From: Occultella glacieicola | GTDB taxonomy: Bacteria > Actinomycetota > Actinomycetes > Actinomycetales > Beutenbergiaceae | DNA: 64,000 nucleotides | Assembly: GCF_004353825.1 (NCBI RefSeq) | Contig: NZ_SMNA01000003.1 | Span: 310,001-374,000 of the forward strand | Direction of reading: 5' to 3' | In this document: piece by piece, positions 40,980 to 54,960 of the stretch | How positions within the stretch are numbered: the stretch's first letter is position 1 | How the letters are laid out: each line of letters opens with the position of its first letter | The notes under the pieces: model-generated | What the model was told of the DNA's origin: nothing | What the model saw: only the letters and a program-made list of their open reading frames with translations | The model's database searches: none | Translations under genes and position numbers: made by a program

Positions 40980-41536
40980 TGGCCCGTTCCTGCGGACGCG
41001 TGGCCGCCGGACCGGGTCGCCTCCGCGAGGGCGCGTTCCTCGGCCGGGATCCGGAACCTCAGCAGCAGCACGGCGTTGAGCACGGTGAACACCACGGCGG
41101 TGATCCACGACGTGTGGATCAGCGGGAGGGCGAGTCCCTCCACGACCACGGCGACGTAGTTCGGGTGGCGCAGCCACCGGTAGGGGCCCGCGTGGACGAG
41201 CGGAAGGCCGGGAACGACGATGATCCGGGTGTTCCATCGCCGGCCGAGCGTAGCGATGCACCACCAGCGAAGTGCCTGGCTGGCCAGGACCGCGGCCAGC
41301 GCCGTCCAGCCGAGGACCGGCAGGAACGGGCGGTCCGCGAACCACGCCTCGACCACGCACGCGACCAGCAGCGCGGTGTGCAGGGCGACCATGGCCGGGA
41401 AGTGACCGCGCCCCCGCTCCACTCCGCCGTGATCGAATGCCCACCGGGCGTGCCGGGCCGAGACGACCAGTTCGAGCAGCCGCTCGAGCGCGGTCGCGGC
41501 GACCACCACGACGAACAGCACGAAGGTCGGGCTCAC
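40976..41536 (-). CDS. Isoprenylcysteine carboxyl methyltransferase family protein (SrsB/BpsB-like)
   Basis: ERLLEL, LRWWCIATLGRRWNTRI, GPYRWLRHPNY and RIPAEERAL. Confidence 0.9.
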   Translation of the reverse strand: MSPTFVLFVVVVAATALERLLELVVSARHARWAFDHGGVERGRGHFPAMVALHTALLVACVVEAWFADRPFLPVLGWTALAAVLASQALRWWCIATLGRRWNTRIIVVPGLPLVHAGPYRWLRHPNYVAVVVEGLALPLIHTSWITAVVFTVLNAVLLLRFRIPAEERALAEATRSGGHASAGTGQ

Positions 41537-42612
41537 TGCGGCACCCCCCACCGCAGCAGGACGAGTTCCGCGCACACGCCCGGCCCGAACGCCAACAGCA
41601 CTCCGTAGGCCCCGGGGGCCGGCCCGTTGCGCTCGAGGGTATCGGCCAGGACGTGCAGGACCGATGAGGATGACAGGTTGCCCACGGCGGCGAGGCAGTC
41701 GCGGCTCACCTGCAGGTCGCGGTCGTCCAGGTCGAGTGCGCCGGCGACGGCGTCGAAGATGCGTGGGCCGCCCGCGTGCACCACCCACGTGCCGACGTTC
41801 TCGCGGGCGAGCGAATGCTCGTCGAGCAGGGTCGCCAGGTCGCCGGCGAGGTTCTCGGCGATCACTTCCGGCAGTCCGGCCGAGAGCATGATGGCGAAGC
41901 CGGTGTCCCTGATGTGCCAGCCGAGCTGGTCTGCGGTACCCGGGTAGAGCGAGCTACGACTGCCCAACACCTCCGGGCCGGGAGGCCCGACCCGACCGGC
42001 CGGGTGGCTCTCCCCCACCAGCACCACGGCGGCGGCACCGTCGCCGAACAGGGCGCTCGAGACGAGGTTCGCCGTCGAGTCGTCGTCCCGCTGGAACGTC
42101 AGCGAGCACAGTTCCACCGAGACCAGCAGACCGACGTGCTCCGGGTGGCCGGCCAGATAGTCGTGCACCCGCGCGATCCCGGCGGCGCCCGCCACGCAGC
42201 CCAGACCGAACGACGGCATCCGCCGGACGTCGCTGCGCAGCCCGAGCCGGTCGACCAGCGCGGCGTCGATGGATGGCGCCGAGATCCCGGTGACGGACGT
42301 GAACAGCAGGAAGTCGACCTCGGCCGCCGCGATACCGGCTCGGCTCAGTGCCCTGCGACACGCCTCCTCCGCGAGCGTCGTGCCCTCGGAGATGAACAGG
42401 TCGTTGGCGCGGCCGAACGACGTCAGCGCACCGTACTCCTCGAGTGGGAGCGTCAGGTGCCGGGTACGCACCCCGCTGGAGCGCTGTAGCCGGGCCAGGG
42501 CGGCCCGCCGCGCCGGATTCGTGCTGAGCAGTGGACCGATCGTGTCGATGATGTCCTGTTGGGGATGCGCGCGCCCGGGAAGCGCGGTTCCGACGGCAAG
42601 AAGGCGCGACAT
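41533..42612 (-). CDS. Type III polyketide synthase (alkylresorcinol/SrsA-like)
   Basis: Catalytic Cys (GLGCVAG), His (HAGGP) and Asn (GNLSS), plus VELCSL, LFGDGAAA and AFGPG. Confidence 0.95.
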   Translation of the reverse strand: MSRLLAVGTALPGRAHPQQDIIDTIGPLLSTNPARRAALARLQRSSGVRTRHLTLPLEEYGALTSFGRANDLFISEGTTLAEEACRRALSRAGIAAAEVDFLLFTSVTGISAPSIDAALVDRLGLRSDVRRMPSFGLGCVAGAAGIARVHDYLAGHPEHVGLLVSVELCSLTFQRDDDSTANLVSSALFGDGAAAVVLVGESHPAGRVGPPGPEVLGSRSSLYPGTADQLGWHIRDTGFAIMLSAGLPEVIAENLAGDLATLLDEHSLARENVGTWVVHAGGPRIFDAVAGALDLDDRDLQVSRDCLAAVGNLSSSSVLHVLADTLERNGPAPGAYGVLLAFGPGVCAELVLLRWGVPQ

Positions 42613-42689
42613 CGTGGCATCGTGTCACGCAGGGGACTCGTCGGCAGCGCCAGCCGCTGACGTGCGGGGCGGTGCGAGGAGGAGAACAC

Positions 42690-43544
42690 GTGAGTTCCTG
42701 GACCCGGACCGCCCGTGGTCTGCGCTCCGCCAGCCATCCTGGCCCGACGGCCGTCGTGACCGTGCTGGCCGCGGCGTTCGCCCTCGGTGTCGGCGCCAGT
42801 GCGTCGCGAGCCGTCCTCGTCACACTCGCGGTGCTCGCCGGGCAACTCTCGGTCGGTTGGTCCAACGACTGGATCGACGCGGGACGTGACGCCGCCGTCG
42901 CGCGTGGGGACAAGCCCGTCGTTGCCGGCACGGTCTCGATCGGGCTGCTGCGCCGGGTGGCATTACTGGCGTTGGCTGCCTGCGTCGTCCTGTCCCTGGC
43001 CACGGGCTGGGCAGCCGGGGCCGTGCACCTGGCCGCGGTGGCCAGTGCGTGGTCCTACAACCTCGTCCTGAAGTCCACGCCGCTGTCCTGGGTGCCGTAC
43101 GCCGTCTCGTTCGGACTGCTGCCCATCTTCGTCGTGATGGCCTGCGTGCCAGGCGCATCCGCCGCACCGTGGGCAGTCATCGCGACGGCACTGCTCGGGG
43201 TCGGCGCGCACGTGGCGAACACGCTGCCGGACCTGGAGGACGACCGGCGAACGGGCGTCCGGGGGCTGCCGCACCGGATCGGGCGGGCCGGGTCGAGCCT
43301 GCTCGCGCCGCTTGTCCTGATGCTCGCGACCGTCGTCGTCGTCCTGGGCCCGGACCGTCCGCCGGGCCCGGGCGCCTGGGCCGGCACCGTCGCCGCCCTC
43401 GTCCTCGTCCTCGCTGCCTCGGCCGGTGTCGTCGCCAGGATCCGTACGCGCAGCCGGCTCCCGTTCGCGCTGAGCATGGCGGTCGCCGTCGTCTGCGTCG
43501 TGCTGCTGGTGATGGCCGCGCCGGAACTCGTGGTGCCCGCCTGA
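42690..43544 (+). CDS. UbiA-family prenyltransferase
   Basis: NDWIDAGRD and NTLPDLEDD Asp-rich motifs, DKP, and several TM helices. GAGGAGG RBS. Confidence 0.9.
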   Translation: MSSWTRTARGLRSASHPGPTAVVTVLAAAFALGVGASASRAVLVTLAVLAGQLSVGWSNDWIDAGRDAAVARGDKPVVAGTVSIGLLRRVALLALAACVVLSLATGWAAGAVHLAAVASAWSYNLVLKSTPLSWVPYAVSFGLLPIFVVMACVPGASAAPWAVIATALLGVGAHVANTLPDLEDDRRTGVRGLPHRIGRAGSSLLAPLVLMLATVVVVLGPDRPPGPGAWAGTVAALVLVLAASAGVVARIRTRSRLPFALSMAVAVVCVVLLVMAAPELVVPA

Positions 43545-43560
43545 ACCCCGGATCGGAAGA

Positions 43561-44547
43561 TCAGCCCCGCAGCGGGCCGAGCGCCGCCGCGAGCCGCTCA
43601 CCCATCAGGCGATACCCGTCGGCCGTGGGGTGCACCTCGTCGGAGAGCAGATGCCGGTCCTGGTGACCGATGATGGTCGGTCCGTCGATGAGGTGCAGCC
43701 GGTCGTCGTCGGTGCCCGCGAGCACGTCGGCGATGGCCTCACGCATCCACTCGAGGGTGACCCCGACCGCGTTCGGCGTGGTCTCCAGCGGCGCGGACAC
43801 GATCGGGGTGATGACGGCGATCGCCGCCGCCGGATGTCCGGCGCGCACCTGGTCGATCAACCCCGCGACCTGCGGGCCGAACGTGCGCTGCGACATCGTT
43901 GCGCCGCCCTGCACGTTGATGCCAAGGCACAGGCTGACGACGTCCGCCGGAATCCCAGTGATCGTGCGGACAGCGACCGGGTCGAGGTGACATTGGCCGC
44001 CGAATCCGAGGCAGGTGAGGTCCCAGTCGAGGGCTCGGGCGACGAGCGCCGGCCACGTCTCGCTCGGTCCGCCTGCGGCGCTGCACTGGGTGATCGAGGA
44101 TCCGTAAGCGGTCCAGCGTGTGGCTGGGTCCGGGCCCGCCTGCGCCGAGCCGGTGAGCCGCACCGACCTGATCCAGGTCTCGCCGTCCTGCGGCAGCCAC
44201 ACTTGCAACCGGTGCTCGCCGGCGGGCAACGGTACGTGGATGGTGAACGGTCCCGCATCGATGTCGACCCGCCGGTGCAGCACGCCATCGACCACCACGT
44301 CCACGCGCGTGTCACGGATGACGTCGAGCACGAGCTCGCCGTCGAGCTCGACGCTCTCGGCGTCGGTGACGACCTCGAGACGCACGCCCGCGGACTGACG
44401 TGCCATGGCGACCAGCTCCGGCGCGAACGCCCGGTCCACCAGGCCCGGCAGCAGCCGCCAGACCCGCAGCGCGCCGTCACGGGCCTCCCAGCCGACCGCG
44501 CCGCGCCAGGCCTCGGGTCGGACATCGGGTCGCAGTTCCACGGTCAC
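43561..44547 (-). CDS. SGNH/GDSL hydrolase family protein
   Basis: YGSSITQ, LGFGG, LGIN and DEVHP blocks. Confidence 0.85.
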   Translation of the reverse strand: MTVELRPDVRPEAWRGAVGWEARDGALRVWRLLPGLVDRAFAPELVAMARQSAGVRLEVVTDAESVELDGELVLDVIRDTRVDVVVDGVLHRRVDIDAGPFTIHVPLPAGEHRLQVWLPQDGETWIRSVRLTGSAQAGPDPATRWTAYGSSITQCSAAGGPSETWPALVARALDWDLTCLGFGGQCHLDPVAVRTITGIPADVVSLCLGINVQGGATMSQRTFGPQVAGLIDQVRAGHPAAAIAVITPIVSAPLETTPNAVGVTLEWMREAIADVLAGTDDDRLHLIDGPTIIGHQDRHLLSDEVHPTADGYRLMGERLAAALGPLRG

Positions 44548-44627
44548 GGTCGCACCCTACCGTCGCCCCGGGGAGGCGGTCTGCGACCGCGCGACGAAGG
44601 TTGGATCCGAGCGTGGGCAGCGCCCGA

Positions 44628-45878
44628 TCAGGTGGCGACGATGGGCTCCGCCACGTCCACACCGTCGCGGAAGACCTGCTGCACCCGCAGGTCTGCGTCG
44701 GTGACGACGACGTCGGCCCGGTTCCCCACCCGCAAGGCACCGAGGTCCGCCGTGCCGAGCACCGTGGCCGGGGTGGCGGAGGCGGCCAGGACCGCCTCGC
44801 GCAGGCCAACACCGCCGTCGACGGTGGTCCGCACCACGTCGATCAGGTGCGCGGTGCCACCGGCGATCGAACCGCCCTCGACGAGCCGGGCCACGCCCGA
44901 GGTGACCTGCACGGCCAGGCCGCCGAGCCGGTACTGCCCGTCGGCCATGCCGGTGGCGGCCATCGCGTCGGTGACCAGCGCGATGTGCTCCGCGCCGACC
45001 AGGTCGAAGACCTCCCGGACCAGGTCGGCGGACAGGTGGGTGCCGTCCCCGATCAGTTCGACCACGACCTGTCCCAGCCGGGCCAGCGCCAGCGCCGGCG
45101 GCACCGGACCCGGGTCGCGGTGGTGGATCGGTCGCATCCCGTTGAACAGGTGGGTCACGGTGGGTCGGCTCCGGGCGCCGCCGGCCATCGCCGTCACGGC
45201 CTCGACCAGGGCCGCACGCATGGCCGGCGCTGCCGCATCCGTGTGGCCGAACGAGGGCACCGCGCCCCCGGCGATCAGGGTCTGCGCCACGCCCCCGGGC
45301 CCGACCACGCCCGGCGAGTCGGGGGCGATCGTCATCGACACCACATGACCCCGGCCGAGGGCGAGCAGCTCCGCGGTGAGGACCGGGTCACCGTCGATGA
45401 GCAACGTCGGGTCGTGGGCGCCGCGGCGCTCGGCGTTCAGGAACGGACCCTCCAGGTGGATCCCGAGGATTTCACCGGTGTCCGCCAATTCCGCGAGGGT
45501 GGCCACCCGGGCCCGCAACGTATCCGGTGCGGCCGTGACGAGGGAGGCGACCATGCGGGTCGTGCCATGTGCCAGGTGCTCGGCGACGCCTCGGCGGGCG
45601 GACCCGGCGTCGGCGGCATCCGGGAAGCCGACCCCGGCCCCACCGTGGTTGTGCAGGTCGACCAGCCCGGGCAGGATCGTCCGGTCGGAGGCCGCCCGGG
45701 CGCCCGCCGCCACTGCGGCGGGCGGTGCGCCCGCCTCCGCCCGCGCGTCGGCGACCGGACCCACCCAGGTGATGCGACCGCCGTCGAGCACCACGACGCC
45801 GTCGGCCAGGACCGCCTCCGGCGTCACCACCCGTCCACGCAGCGCGATCGGTTCCGGGGCGGGCGTGAGCGGTGACAT
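44628..45878 (-). CDS. nagA: N-acetylglucosamine-6-phosphate deacetylase
   Basis: PGLVDLHNHG, HLEGPF, GHT, THLFNGM, DGTH, VTDAM and IAGG. CACAAT lies 6 nt before the ATG, a possible leaderless transcript. Confidence 0.9.
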   Translation of the reverse strand: MSPLTPAPEPIALRGRVVTPEAVLADGVVVLDGGRITWVGPVADARAEAGAPPAAVAAGARAASDRTILPGLVDLHNHGGAGVGFPDAADAGSARRGVAEHLAHGTTRMVASLVTAAPDTLRARVATLAELADTGEILGIHLEGPFLNAERRGAHDPTLLIDGDPVLTAELLALGRGHVVSMTIAPDSPGVVGPGGVAQTLIAGGAVPSFGHTDAAAPAMRAALVEAVTAMAGGARSRPTVTHLFNGMRPIHHRDPGPVPPALALARLGQVVVELIGDGTHLSADLVREVFDLVGAEHIALVTDAMAATGMADGQYRLGGLAVQVTSGVARLVEGGSIAGGTAHLIDVVRTTVDGGVGLREAVLAASATPATVLGTADLGALRVGNRADVVVTDADLRVQQVFRDGVDVAEPIVAT

Positions 45879-45959
45879 GGACCCATTGTGTCCGATCGCC
45901 GGCGGTCGGCTCACCCCGTGCAGGTCAGTCCGCTCGCCGACGGGCACCCGTACGACCGG

Positions 45960-46655
45960 TCAGAACAGGCGCGAGTCCACGTCGTCGATGCCGCGCATGG
46001 CGTCGTAGTCCAGCACCACGCAGCGGATCCCACGGTCGGTGGCGAGCACGCGTGCCTGCGGCTTGATCTCCTGGGCCGCGAACACCCCGTCCACGGGCGC
46101 GAGCAGCGGGTCGCGGTTCAACAGCTCGAGGTAGCGGGTCAACTGCTCGACGCCGTCGATGTCACCGCGGCGTTTGATCTCCACGGCCACGGAGGCCCCG
46201 CCGGCCGACTTCGCCAGGATGTCCACGGGGCCGATCGCCGTCGGGTACTCCCGCCGGACCAGCGTGTGCCCGTCGCCGAGGAGGGTGATCTGCTCGGCGA
46301 GCAGCTTCTGCAGGTGCGCCTCCACGCCGTCCTTGACCAGGCCGGGGTCCACGCCGAGCTCGGTGCTGGTGTCCGAGAGCACCTCGTGCAGCGAGACCAC
46401 CAGACGGTCGTCGGTCTTCGTGTTCTGGACCGTCCAGACGCCGGTGACGCCCGCCTGCGCCTGAGCCTCGTCGGGCTCCGCCTCGGTGAGCCGGCACGGC
46501 GGCGACATCCAGTTCAGTGGCTTGTACGAGCCGCCGTCGGAGTGCACCAGCACCGAGCCGTCCGCCTTGACCATGAGCACCCGGCGGGCCAGCGGCAGGT
46601 GCGCCGTCAGCCGTCCCGAGTAGTCGACCGAGCAGTCGGCGATGACGATCCGCAT
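45960..46655 (-). CDS. nucS: Mismatch-specific endonuclease NucS/EndoMS
   Basis: [54 protein letters not shown] and QLTRY. Confidence 0.95.
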   Translation of the reverse strand: MRIVIADCSVDYSGRLTAHLPLARRVLMVKADGSVLVHSDGGSYKPLNWMSPPCRLTEAEPDEAQAQAGVTGVWTVQNTKTDDRLVVSLHEVLSDTSTELGVDPGLVKDGVEAHLQKLLAEQITLLGDGHTLVRREYPTAIGPVDILAKSAGGASVAVEIKRRGDIDGVEQLTRYLELLNRDPLLAPVDGVFAAQEIKPQARVLATDRGIRCVVLDYDAMRGIDDVDSRLF

Positions 46656-46738
46656 GCGTGCGTTCCTTTCCGGACCGGGCCGGGCCGAACCGCGGGCGCG
46701 GTCGCCCGATCGGTCACCGGCGCTCGAACGGGGTGTCC

Positions 46739-47152
46739 TCAGACGATACGGGACGTGTTCGGGTCCGGCGGCGCCGCCTCCAGCCAGGACCGCAGACCGT
46801 CGAGGGCCTGATCGTTCGCCGCGAGCAGGAACTCGCTGCCGGCGTAGACGCACCGGGCCTCGCTGACGCTGCTCAGGCGCCCGTCGACCTCACGCCGGGA
46901 CCGGTCGAGGATGTCGAGCTCGCGCCGTTCCCATCGCGTGGTCGGGCGCAGGGACAGCGAGACCACCTCGTACCAGTCGAGGTGGTCCCGGGTGTAGCTG
47001 GCGATTCCGGCCAGCCAGTGGTTGCCGGTGTTCTTCGCGCACTCGAACGAGCCGACCCGGCGGGTGAGGGCACGCAGGCGCCACAGGAAGAGGCCGACCA
47101 GCACCAGGGCGAACGCGATCGCGACGACTCCGACGGCGATCGCTATCCTCAT
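46739..47152 (-). CDS. DUF2550-family membrane protein
   Basis: N-terminal TM, GSFEC, and SWLEAAPP ending. Sits in the usual position after atpC. Confidence 0.8.
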   Translation of the reverse strand: MRIAIAVGVVAIAFALVLVGLFLWRLRALTRRVGSFECAKNTGNHWLAGIASYTRDHLDWYEVVSLSLRPTTRWERRELDILDRSRREVDGRLSSVSEARCVYAGSEFLLAANDQALDGLRSWLEAAPPDPNTSRIV

Positions 47153-47162
47153 TCCGGGTGGC

Positions 47163-47441
47163 TCAGTTCTCTCCGGACGTCCGGTCCTCGCCGGTGGTGG
47201 GGTCGACCACGATCGTCACCGAGTCCTGGTCGACCGAGATGAACCCGCCGTCCACGTCCATCGTGACCGGCTCCCCGGAGGTCGGACGGACCCGGACCAC
47301 ACCCGGGCGCAGCACGGCCAGCACGGGCTGGTGCCCGGTCAGGATGCCGAGGTCGCCGTCGGCCGCGGGCGCGCCGACGCTCACCGCCTCGCCGGACCAC
47401 CAGGTGCGGTCCGGGGACACAATCTCCACGTTGAGCGGCAC
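47163..47441 (-). CDS. atpC: ATP synthase epsilon subunit (short form)
   Basis: LNVEIVSPDR, GDLGILTGHQP and VDGGFISV. Confidence 0.93.
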   Translation of the reverse strand: MPLNVEIVSPDRTWWSGEAVSVGAPAADGDLGILTGHQPVLAVLRPGVVRVRPTSGEPVTMDVDGGFISVDQDSVTIVVDPTTGEDRTSGEN

Positions 47442-47525
47442 GCCGCCCTCCTTCGTTCGATCGTCCGGTGGGCCGATCGGCGGCGCCGCGGGGGGCGCCG
47501 GCCGGATCGGCCTACCGTGGTGAGG

Positions 47526-49912
<2,387 letters not shown>

Positions 49913-49915
49913 CGA

Positions 49916-51544
49916 TCAGCCCCGCTTCTGCCGGACGATCTGCTCCTGGTCGATGTCCACGTCCTCGTCCGTCGCCTCGGTGCCGACCGCACTCGCGCCG
50001 TCGGAGCCGAGGAAGGTGGTGCGGAACTTGTCCGCGGCCTCCTCGAGTGCCTTCGTGTTGACGTCGTCCAGCTTGCCGGTGGACACGATCGCGTCCAGCA
50101 CGTCGGTGTGACGGCGGACGTGGTCGATCAGCTCCCGCTCGAAGCGGCGCACATCGTGCAGCTCGACCTTGTCGAAGTAGCCGTTCGTGCCGGCCCAGAC
50201 CGAGACGACCTGCTCCTCGACCGGGTACGGCGAGTACTGGGGCTGCTTCAGCAGCTCCATGAGGCGCGCACCCCGGGTGAGCTGCTGGCGCGAGGCGGGG
50301 TCCAGGTCGGAGGCGAACATCGCGAACGCCTCGAGCGAGCGGTACTGGGCCAGGTCGATCTTCAGCGTCCCGGACACCGACTTCATCGCCTTCACCTGCG
50401 CGTCGCCACCCACACGGGAGACGGAGATACCCACGTCGACGGCGGGGCGCTGGTCGGCGTTGAACAGGTCCGACTGGAGGAAGATCTGACCGTCGGTGAT
50501 CGAGATGACGTTCGTCGGGATGTACGCCGACACGTCGTTCGCCTTGGTCTCGATGATCGGCAGGCCGGTCATCGAGCCACCGCCGAGCTCGTCGGAGAGC
50601 TTGGCGCAACGCTCGAGCAGGCGGGAGTGCAGGTAGAACACGTCACCGGGGTACGCCTCGCGGCCCGGGGGGCGGCGCAGCAGCAGGGACACCGCACGGT
50701 AGGCCTCGGCCTGCTTGGACAGGTCGTCGAAGACGATCAGGACGTGCTTGCCGTCGTACATCCAGTGCTGGCCGATGGCCGAGCCGGTGTACGGGGCGAT
50801 GTACTTGAAGCCGGCCGGGTCGGACGCGGGAGCGGCCACGATGGTCGTGTACTCCAGCGCCCCGGCGTCCTCGAGCGCACTGCGCACCGAGGCGATCGTG
50901 GAGCCCTTCTGGCCGATGGCGACGTAGATGCAGCGGACCTGCTTGGTGGGGTCGCCGCTGTCCCAGTTGGACTTCTGGTTGATGATCGTGTCCAGCGCGA
51001 TCGCGGTCTTGCCGGTCTGCCGGTCGCCGATGATCAGCTGACGCTGGCCGCGTCCGATCGGGATCATCGCGTCGATGGCCTTGAGGCCGGTCTGCAGCGG
51101 CTCGTGCACCGACTTACGGGCCATCACGCCCGGGGCCTGGAGCTCGAGGGCGCGGCGACCCTCCGTGGCGATCTCGCCGAGACCGTCGATCGGCTGACCG
51201 AGCGGGTCGACCACGCGGCCGAGGTAGCCGTCGCCGACCGCCACCGAGAGCACCTCGCCGGTGCGGCGCACCGGCTGGCCCTCCTCGATGCCGCTGAACT
51301 CACCGAGCACCACCACACCGATGGACCGCACGTCGAGGTTCAGCGCGAGGCCGAGAGTGCCGTCCTCGAACTTGAGCAGCTCGTTCGCCATGACCCCGGG
51401 AAGACCCTCGACCTGGGCGATACCGTCCGCCGCGAGGGTGACGGTGCCGACCTCCTCGGCCGCGCTACCGCTGGGCTCGTAGGAGTTCACGAAGCTGTCC
51501 AGCGCAGCCCGGATCTCCTCGGGCTTGATCGTCAGTTCAGCCAT
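49916..51544 (-). CDS. atpA: ATP synthase alpha subunit
   Basis: GDRQTGKT and [21 protein letters not shown]. Confidence 0.98.
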   Translation of the reverse strand: MAELTIKPEEIRAALDSFVNSYEPSGSAAEEVGTVTLAADGIAQVEGLPGVMANELLKFEDGTLGLALNLDVRSIGVVVLGEFSGIEEGQPVRRTGEVLSVAVGDGYLGRVVDPLGQPIDGLGEIATEGRRALELQAPGVMARKSVHEPLQTGLKAIDAMIPIGRGQRQLIIGDRQTGKTAIALDTIINQKSNWDSGDPTKQVRCIYVAIGQKGSTIASVRSALEDAGALEYTTIVAAPASDPAGFKYIAPYTGSAIGQHWMYDGKHVLIVFDDLSKQAEAYRAVSLLLRRPPGREAYPGDVFYLHSRLLERCAKLSDELGGGSMTGLPIIETKANDVSAYIPTNVISITDGQIFLQSDLFNADQRPAVDVGISVSRVGGDAQVKAMKSVSGTLKIDLAQYRSLEAFAMFASDLDPASRQQLTRGARLMELLKQPQYSPYPVEEQVVSVWAGTNGYFDKVELHDVRRFERELIDHVRRHTDVLDAIVSTGKLDDVNTKALEEAADKFRTTFLGSDGASAVGTEATDEDVDIDQEQIVRQKRG

Positions 51545-51659
51545 CTCTACGTCCTTCTTCTCTGACCGCCTCGTGGCGATCGGTTCGTCTCATCAAGTGT
51601 GCGGGTGTTCGGCCCCGGTGGGAACCGGCGGCCTGGCCGGATCCTGTGGGACCGGGCGG

Positions 51660-52474
51660 CTAGCCGGCCAGCCGTCGGTGTGCCTCGTCGAGGCGGGAGA
51701 GCATCGTGGCGTCGATGACCTCGTCACCGAGCTGGATCCGCAGACCCCCCACGACCGCGGGGTCCAGGGCCACATTGACCTGCACGGCGCGACCGTACGC
51801 GCGGGCGAGGATCGTGCCGAGTCGGGCGACCTGGGCCTGGGACAGCGGGTTCGCCGCCGTGACCACGGCCACGAGCTGCTGCCGGCGCGCGGCGGCGGCC
51901 TCGTTGAGGCGGACCAGGGCCGCCGTCAGCGTAGGCGCCCGGTGCGTGCTCAGCGCCCGCTCGAGCAGGGCGGCGGTCTCCGGTGCGACCCGGGCACCGA
52001 ACAGCGTCGTGAGGAGAGCCTGCCGGTCCGCGACGGAACGGTCGACGTCCGCCAGGGCGAGCCGCAGTTCCCGGTTGTCGGCGAGCAGCCGGATGGTCCG
52101 GAACAGCTCGTCCTCGACCCGGATGAGTTCACCGCGCGACTCGGCGCTGGCGAGCAGCGAAGACGTGCCCAACTGCTCGAGCGAGTCCGCCAGGTCACCC
52201 TCGGCCGACCACCGGGACCGGACCAGGCCGGCCAGCAGGTCCGCGACGGCGCCGCTGACCTTGGCGCCGAAGATGCCGGCCACCACCGCGGCCTTGTCCT
52301 CACCGGACCGGGACGGGTCGGTGAGGGCGCGCCGCAGCGCGGCCGAGCCGTCCAGGACGTCGACCACGCCGTACAGCTCGGTGCCGTACGTGAACGCGTC
52401 GGCGCCCGCTGCCCCGATGACCGCCTCCCAGCGGTCGGTGGCGGCGGTCAGTGATCCCTGGCTGCTCGCCCGCA

Positions 52475-52475
<1 letters not shown>
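51660..52475 (-). CDS. atpH: ATP synthase delta subunit (actinobacterial long form)
   Basis: RWSAEGDL, VEDELF and DPAVVGGLRIQLGDEVID. Operon position fits. Confidence 0.95.
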
Positions 52476-54204
<1,729 letters not shown>

Positions 54205-54300
54205 GATTCTCTCCCCAGGAGCTTCGGGCTCGGGCCCGGTCGCTGTACGGAGGCAGCGTCGCAGGAACCGAACTGAGGTGGGCTGGAAGTGACTGCGCTC

Positions 54301-54306
54301 AGACTA
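54301..54306 (-). promoter_or_regulatory. Candidate -10 box (TAGTCT) for the atp operon
   Basis: TAnnnT hexamer about 100 nt upstream of atpB in the intergenic region. Confidence 0.4.
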
Positions 54307-54345
54307 CCTGATGGCGCTTGGTGGTTGTGACGGCGGTGTGAAGCC

Positions 54346-54960
54346 TCAGGCCCCGTCGCCGCCGCTGCGCGGCGAGGATCCGTCCGTCGCCCCGGGGTCC
54401 TCGGCGGGGCCGTTTTCGCCTGCTGAGCCACTCCCGGAGGGCGAGCCAGACTCGACATCGGCACCATCCGCCGTCGGGCCGTCTGGATCGGCTTGTGTCG
54501 CTTCTGTGGACGCCGTGGCCTCGGGGGTGACGTAGGGGATCCTCGCGGTGACGACCGTGTACAGCTCGACCACCACCGCCACGATGACCTGCACGAAGAG
54601 CGTGACGAGGAACACAGGCAGGGAGTAGAAGTCCTGCTCCCGGAGCCAGAGCAGGACCAGCGCGAGCAGGCCCATCTTGACGATCCAGCCGCCGAGGAGG
54701 ACCACCTGCAGCAGCTCGGGCCCACGGCCGGCGACCAGGTACAGCGCGGCCACCGTGGTCGCGGTGAAGACCAGCCCGATCGCCACGGCGACGAGCGCCC
54801 CCCACAGCCCCGGCAGGCCGGCCGCGATCAGGCCGACCACCGCGCCGACCACGGCGATCGCCGCGCCCGCGAGCAGCAGCCGCTTCAGGACCCTCCTGAT
54901 GAGGTCGAGCACCGCCGAGGTGCGGATGTACTTGTCGTTCAGGAAGGTCGGTTCACTCAC
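54346..54960 (-). CDS. AtpI-like four-helix membrane protein with acidic tail
   Basis: Four hydrophobic segments, GWIVKM and ARIPYV. Lies between the wecA-like gene and atpB. Confidence 0.75.
   Translation of the reverse strand: MSEPTFLNDKYIRTSAVLDLIRRVLKRLLLAGAAIAVVGAVVGLIAAGLPGLWGALVAVAIGLVFTATTVAALYLVAGRGPELLQVVLLGGWIVKMGLLALVLLWLREQDFYSLPVFLVTLFVQVIVAVVVELYTVVTARIPYVTPEATASTEATQADPDGPTADGADVESGSPSGSGSAGENGPAEDPGATDGSSPRSGGDGA

Noticed and set aside
51610..51660. Weak tandem hairpins between atpH and atpA
   Set aside because: They are short and imperfect, and not distinguishable from chance at this GC content.
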